Source: the human T2T-CHM13v2.0 reference genome, Homo sapiens
NCBI RefSeq assembly: GCF_009914755.1
Contig: NC_060933.1
Strand: one strand, 5' to 3'
DNA: 64,000 nt
Below, piece after piece: positions 55,293-64,000 of this stretch. A program made the translations under genes and the position numbers. Every line of letters begins with the position of its first letter. The stretch's first letter is position 1. The notes under the pieces are model-generated. The model searched no databases and had not been told where the DNA came from. It saw only the letters and a list, made by a program, of their open reading frames with translations.

Positions 55293-57823
55293 CACTCTGA
55301 CCCATGAGGCAGCCGCTGTACAGACTCGCCTCCTGGGCCCCTCTGGAGCCCCGTTTCTCTGCCGTCTGATTGCCTCTGGCCTGGCCCAGGTCTCTGTCAG
55401 CTCTAGCCTGCACATGGCCTGTGCACGGCTGGTCTCCTGGCTGTTTGTCTTCTTTGCTTTCTATCTACCTGCCCTTCACTCAACTCCAAAGGGAGCATCT
55501 GACCAGGACTCCTCCAGGTGTGAGACCCTGCCCTGACTTCCCTGTGGGTTGGGGGTATCTATTTCCTCTTCCTCGAAGATACATCTTGCCATTAGGTGAC
55601 TGTGTAACTAATTCACAGGCAAAAAATGTGAATTTTTTTTTTTTTGAGACGGAGTCTTGCTCTGTCGCCAAGGCTAGAGTACAGTGGTGTGATCTCGGCT
55701 CACTGCAACCTCCACCTCCCAGGTTCAAGCAATTCTCTGCCTCAGCCTCCCGAGTAGCTGAGATTGCAGGCGCCCACCACCATACCGAGCTAATTTTTTT
55801 TTTTTTTTTTTTGTATTTTTAGTAGACGTGGGGTTTCACCATCTTGGCCAGGCTGGTCTTGAACTCCTGACCTTGCGATCCACCCACCTCAGCCTCCCAA
55901 AGTGCCGGGATTACAGGCGTGAGCCACCGTGCCCGGCCGAGAATGTGAATTCTTAATCCTCTTGTGCCTCAACTTCTTCTTCTGTAAAATGGGGCCAATT
56001 ATGGGAGGACTGCCTGAGAGCATTTCCAGGTGCACTGAAGATGCATGAGAAATATTAGTTCCCTTCTCCTGTTTCTACTTTTTAGTCTCATCCCTGAGGC
56101 CAAGAGTGAAGTTGAAGAAGACACTTAATTCTCTGTGATGCATTCTTGAATAACGAAAAGCAAATATTGAAGTCTTTTATTCTCTAGCCTTAATAGCCTT
56201 GGTCTTTTTGACCACATTGAGACATCCTGGCTCCAGGTTCCTGTGCTTGAGGGCAGCTCTCTACCAAGGGTGCACCTGATGTAGCCCCCACTGAAGACCC
56301 AGCATCTGGAGCTGAAGGTAGCACCTTGAATGCAGTTTGGTCAGAGCCTTGTCTAGTGGGATTATTTTTCCCCTAACGTAATCAAATTTTCTAATAAAAC
56401 ACTCAGCATTACACCTTAAGGAATGAGAGAGCTGTAGTTTCTCAATTTGGTATATATATATTATATATATATAATCAATATATAATCAATCAGGTGATTG
56501 ATTCTCTCACCTCAGCCTCCCGAGTAGCTGGGACAACAGGCACAAATCACCATGCTAGGCTAATTTTTTGTATTTTTAGTGAAGATGGAGCTTCGCCATG
56601 TTGCCCAGGCTGGTCTCGAACCCCTGAGCTCAAGTGATTGGCCTGTCTCGGCCTCCCAAAGTGCTGAGATTACAGGCATGAGCCACCACGCCTGGCCCCC
56701 AATTTGGCATATTTTAAAAGAAGGAAATGGGTAATGAAATCATTTTGAAAGAAAAGTGCCTGGAATAACTGTTTTGTACAAAATGTTAAAAATTTAATGA
56801 AAAAAAGAAGCTTTGTAGACAAATAGAGAGCTGGGAAGTGGCAGGAACTCTGATCATTATTTGAGCAAGCTCTTTGCTCCTGTGTCATGACTGACACCAC
56901 AGCTTATCTTGATAGAGCTATGAGATGACTGCGCTCATGTGTTCATTCATGCCAAGAATCTTGTGATATTGCTACTAGCACCTTGAAATGCATTAAACTA
57001 TAATTTTGATAATTTTCAATAAAATATATGACAACTTTATCAAAGGGAATGGGGGTCTTCTTGTTATAATAAATGTTTCCTTTTTGGTTTGTAATTCTGA
57101 AGGAGATATATGTCTTCAAATTTGACCCCCAGGAGACAGGCAGCTGGTGCAGCATAATCTCTCCCATTCTCCCATTCCTGCTGAGGAGAGGCAGAAGTCT
57201 AGATCGGGGGTCGTGAAGTAAGCTGTCAGCTGTGATAGCTTTGGAGCTGTTAACCACTGCACCAAGGCTAACCCTTCCCTCTGAAAGATTTTCATCCTGG
57301 GCCCACGAACCTGCCTCTTCCTTGCAGCTGTGTGACTGTCCCAGCTTGCTCATCTGTGGATATCAAGTCCTTCCCCAGCCTGTTGCTCTCACCACACCTA
57401 TATCAAGACTGACCTGCTGCATATCTTCCCATCAGCTAGAAAATCACCACTGTGAGATCTAAGCTAAGAGTCCTCTTCTCACAAGAAGCAGCTTCCGTAT
57501 CACGAGAGTTGTACAGCATGGTCACAGGTCAAGATGCTCAAGAACAGGGATCAAAATCCCCAGTGAGATGCCAACTTTTAGATAGGCTGGCCCAACCCAA
57601 AATGTCTGGCAGAACTTTCATGTTGTGTAACTTTGGGTCAAAAAAGAAATTCTGTGGCCAAAATTAAACTACATTTTTTTGTTATTGAAAGTACTGAGAC
57701 TTTCTGCCAGGCGCGTTGGCTCACGCCTGTAATCCCAGCACTTTGGGAGGCTGAGGCGAATGGATCACGAGGTCAGGAGTTCGAGACTAGCCTAGTCAGC
57801 ATGGTGAAACCCTGTGTCTACTA

Positions 57824-58044
<221 letters not shown>

Positions 58045-58337
58045 TTATAAAAAGATGAGACAAAAACGTCCAAGGAATTTTCTCTTTGGAGAAAATGTTT
58101 TCCAGTGGAAAACGACATGCAGAGAAGGCCTTTGGTGTGTTACTGGTGGGCTGATCCCAGACTCCCCAGTCCATTTTGAACAAGCATCAGTGTTGAAGCT
58201 TTGACCTCACTGTGATGTCAGGGAAGATGCCTGCTGGCCAGGGAGCTTTCTCCCAGACATTGCCACCTTAGCAAGGTCTCTACTGCCTAGTGTCCACAGT
58301 TATTTTCCATAGACCCATAGCTATAAACTCAAGTTAA

Positions 58338-58721
<384 letters not shown>

Positions 58722-59947
58722 TAATTTTTTAAATTCGGAGTGAATAGAGGACCAGAAGCACAGTTCTGCTGTGTTGCACATTCTCTGCCCTCAATATGGG
58801 AAGTCCGTTATTCCTAGGAGGTTGTGCTGGGGTGGAGGAGAGGGGTGCATGAGACACATTAAAGGCATCTTCCCAGATGGTGGCCTCAGGAAGCATCTAT
58901 GAATTGGAAGCTGAGAGCTGTGTCCTATTGTGACTGATGTGTCCGTCACTCCCATACGTGGACCTCAAGTTGGCCAGAACAGCTTCACTGTGCACTTGGC
59001 TGAAACACTGAAAAATCCGTACTGCAACTTGTAGGCCCCATTGTCTAAAGTACTCCCAGACCATTTCCCTTTCATTGGTGTCGATCATTCTGACAAGATG
59101 CAACATGTGTGTTGTGACTTCAGCTTCTGAGCGACAATCTTATTTTAGGCCTAACCATTGTTTCTCCTACACGATTTACACCCCTTGATCCTACCTGGAT
59201 ATTCCTAAATCCAGTGTCTATATAGTTAGAGATGATATTTCAGGGTAGTTCAAACTTCACTTTATGAGGATGGCCTTGTATTTAGCTTGCGTGGATGCCT
59301 TTCCTTGCTCAGCGCCCGGCAGCATTGATGTTATTTAGCTGCATCTTTATTTTTCATGGTTTGGAAGTTAGGGCATGTCAAACAATTTATTAATTTGTTT
59401 TTTATATATGCTGCTTTTGTTTCAGCATTGGTTTATTGCGGGTGGCATAATATTAGCAGTTTACAAATAAATCCTAGAAAAGAATGTGTGTATTCAGGCA
59501 GGGCTAAAGTAGGATGGAGACCACAGAGGGAGGGGGGCAGGGAAAGAAACAGAAAAACCCAGCACAGAAATCCTGGCCTTCTACTGGCCCATTAACAAGT
59601 TTATTTATATGAAGCGGGTCAGGCACAATTAAAGACATTTTCATTCCAACCCTCAGCAGAGTCAGTGCCTATTCCAAGTGGAGTTTATGTTCTGGGGGCA
59701 GGTGCAGTGAGAATGGTGCTGGGTCTGCTCTCTGGAGTTTTCACACATCTGGGATCCCCACTACAGTGTCCCTCTTGGTATCTCCCACCTGCCAATCAAA
59801 TCTACATTTATTGTGTTATTCTGAGGAATAATTTTAATACCAGTTCTTGATCTCCTATCATCTAGGTAGAAATAGAGGTATTATCATTATTCTTCTGTCT
59901 AGTCATGCTTTTGAGGTCACAAATTTAGTATCATTGCATGTAGTTAA

Positions 59948-60359
<412 letters not shown>

Positions 60360-61689
60360 TGAGTATTTTTATTTCACGTGTGCCTCCTGTAGGGGGTCAA
60401 GTACTGAACTTTTTTTTTTGTAATACTGGCAATGATCTTTATTTTTTTTTGAGTCAGAAGTTCTGCCTATTTGCATTTGCTGATATCAGGGACCCTCTTC
60501 TATCCCACTGTAGCTCTGTCTCTATGATTGACAGGCCATTTACTTCCTGCCACATGGCTTCCCTTTGCATTTTGTGAGTGGATCATGGGTGCTCACTGAC
60601 TTGCTGGTAACTTTCTTCAAGGATTCAAGGTTAAAAAAAAATGCAAAAATCCATGCCACATTTTTCAAGGAACGACATGGGAAACATTATTGTCAGCCTG
60701 CATCCCTCTACTTGATTAGAACAGTCTCCATCTGGAGGAAAAGCCCCTCTGAGACTGGTGGTGCCCACTGTTTGCTTTCCAGGTGGCTTTGAGAATGGGA
60801 GGGGCCTCACCCTAGGCCCAGGTTTCCTCAGGACACCCAGTGTGGCATGGGTAGGACTGATGTGGGGACTGAGGAAAGAAAGAAAAGAAACCAAAAATGC
60901 ATCTTCTTTGCCAAATCACTCTCTGCTTTGACCCATCCCCTACCTTGTCTTTGGATCATCGGAGACATGACACTGAAATAGAATCTAAAATGAAGTTACA
61001 CGTAAGCAACAAGCCCACCTGGAGGGCAGTGTCAGGTGTGGACAGAAAGGGGATGTTTCTACCTTCATCCTCCACCTCAATCCCTGCCCACAACGACTCA
61101 GATGTGTCCAGGGTGCCTGGTTTCCAAGGTCAGCAGAGAAGCAGCATGTCTTGCTCCCATCTTTTGGCTGACAATTTTTTCTTTTTGAGATGGATTTTGA
61201 CAAGAGCAACTCCCTGTGTGCTGGAAGGCAGGATTCCTCTTAACCAAGGCTGTTCAAAGCACAACTGAATTCAATGGTTATACATTTCAAGTAAGTACCT
61301 TTCAAAAACAGACAATTATGCTTCAAAATAATTAATTTTATAATTTTTGTTTCTACTAAATTGCTATTTTGGTGTCATATGAATTTATTGAACACCATTG
61401 AGCAAAATATGCTTTTTTCAGTATCAGTTAAATACCAATGTCTAAGAGGAAATCTTGAGACCAGTACATTAAAATCTGATAATGGTTGTGACATTTGATA
61501 TTTTTGCAACATTCTTTTAAAAAGTGAAGTGTCGCTGGGCGTGGTGGGTCACACCTGTAATCCCAGCACTTTGGGAGGCTCAGGTGGGTGGATCACGAAG
61601 TCAGGAGTTGGAGACCAGCCTGACCAACATGGTGAAACCTTGTCTCTACTAAAAGTACAAAAATTATCCAGGTGTGGTGCGTCCCTCTA

Positions 61690-61835
<146 letters not shown>

Positions 61836-62322
61836 TCAGAAGCCTCATTATAATTGAGGTTCCCTAGAACAGAGTTTTTGAGGAGATTTGCACACCAAGA
61901 TCTTTGAGGCACCCTCATGGGAATCATCCTGTGAAGGAATGTGGGTAGCAGAAGGGAAGAGGCAGAGTTGGGCTGTGATGTGGGTGCAACAGCAGCCTCA
62001 GTGGACCATAAGGAGTTCTGACCTGGGATGGCTTTTCTGACTGCCCCCCAATGAAAAGAACATGACTTGAGTGAGGCAGCGTCTTTCTGCTGAGGGCAGT
62101 TCCCGAGGAGGGAGCCATTAGCAACCGATACTCCCAGCAGCCAGAAAATGAGGGCCTTCGCCCTGAGGGGAGATCCACCATTTATTTTATATTGTTTTTG
62201 GAATATGGATATGAGAAAAGAAAAGGCAAGACTGGAAGCCCCACCAGACAGAATGAAAGCAGTAGGGCCCAAGGCACAATCCAGTGGGTTCTGTGGATGC
62301 CTGTCTCCCCAGTGAGGACTGG

Positions 62323-62787
62323 AGAAGGGTCTCTTGCAACTGCCCCACCCCATAAACAGAATTCTTCTGTGTTATACTCATCTGCTTTCACCTAGCAGAT
62401 ACTTTTCCATATTTTTAAAAAGAAAGTTGTCATTTTATTCCTTCACTCATTGAACCTCTGTTATGTGTCAAGCGCTGTTCTAAACACTGGAGATCCAGTA
62501 GTGAACAAAACAAAAATTCTTGTCCTCCTGAGGCGCTAGAGATTTATTTCAAGGAAAAGAAGGGTCTCTTGCAACTGCCCCACCCCATAAACAGAATTCT
62601 TCTGTGTTATACTCATCTGCTTTCACCTAGCAGATACTTTTCCATATTTTTAAAAAGAAAGTTGTCATTTTATTCCTTCACTCATTGAACCTCTGTTGTC
62701 AAGCGCTGTTCTAAACACTGGAGATCCAGTAGTGAACAAAACAAAAATTCTTGTCCTCCTGAGGCGCTAGAGATTTATTTCAAGGAA
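62323..62787 (+). repeat. Tandem duplication, 2 copies, period 235 bp
   Basis: 62323-62556 and 62558-62787 are identical apart from a 4-bp indel (GTTATGTGTC vs GTTGTC). Confidence 0.97.
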
Positions 62788-63048
62788 TTGATTCATGCAA
62801 TTGTGAGGACTGACAAGTCCAAAGTCTGTAGGGTAGGTAAGTTTGAAATTGTAGGGCAGACTAGGAGGCTGGAAACTCAAGCAGGAGTTGATGCTACAGA
62901 ATTTATTCCCTTTTCTACATTTTTTTAAATGACAGTTTTATTTATGGTCTTGCTGAGTACAGAATAAGAAACTATTATTTTAGCAATTTACTAAAACTTT
63001 GTTCTGATGTGCTCTTGAAGTTACTTGAGTGCATATTTTTTTCTCTAG

Positions 63049-63333
<285 letters not shown>

Positions 63334-63372
63334 TAGCTAGGATTATAGGCACCCACCACCACATCCGGCTAA

Positions 63373-63531
<159 letters not shown>

Positions 63532-63827
63532 TAGGGGTTATTTTGAAGAAAAAAAAATTTAATTAACAACATAACAGAATTAGTTTAATAAGTGAATTGT
63601 TATTAACATCTGTCTTCTCTTTTTAGTTAAACAAGAACACATATTGATCTTTCAAAACTTTTAATGTGATGAATAAGACCTATAAAATAATATAATTCAA
63701 TCAATGCATTTAATACCTCCTCTAACAATAACCATTTGTATTTCTTTGCACATAAGGAATACTTTTAATCTGGAAGTATCAAAATATTCAAGTCAGTTGC
63801 TCAACAAAAGAATATTTCATAAGAAAC

Positions 63828-64000
63828 TATAGGGAAGGGAAAACTGTTATTTTTTTCCTCTGCTCATCTTAGGTTCATTGAATGGGGTCCTGCAAATTAG
63901 ACTGATAAAAGACAGATTAGCAAGAGGAAAACGAAGAGAAGTTTGTTAACATATGCACCATGTATTCACATGGGAGCACTCAGAGATGAGTAACTCAAAG
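63828..64000. mobile_element. MER34-like LTR running off the window end
   Basis: CATCTTAGGTTCATTGAATGGGGTCCTGCAAATTAGACT resembles 8982-9021. Confidence 0.6.

Overview
Primate, most likely human, genomic DNA, rich in Alu and LTR elements. I recognise no intact cellular protein-coding gene, and most ORF-track entries are Alu, L1 or LTR read-through. Contents: (1) A minus-strand HERV-IP10/HERV-I-type provirus (1-6898) with an LTR10B-like 5' LTR, tRNA-Pro PBS, decayed gag and a twice-frameshifted env whose TM half is still open. Most of pol is missing, an integrase piece is inverted, and foreign DNA carrying a splice-site-bounded exon sits inside it. (2) A chain of mostly phase-compatible, stop-riddled exons on the + strand (2756-18852) that looks like a decayed multi-exon gene. 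(3) A second, convergent decayed multi-exon gene on the - strand running from a CpG island (~39250) to ~26006. (4) A full-length PNRC2 processed pseudogene with 15-bp TSDs (28615-36534), inserted into an exon of that second gene and itself hit by Alus, an MST LTR and an L1PB. (5) An ERVL remnant, many solo LTRs, L1 and MER58 fragments, a ~187-bp inverted templated insertion and a near-perfect 235-bp tandem duplication. Repeat subfamily names are from memory of consensus sequences and are approximate. The two lost-gene models are my inference and need homology searches.
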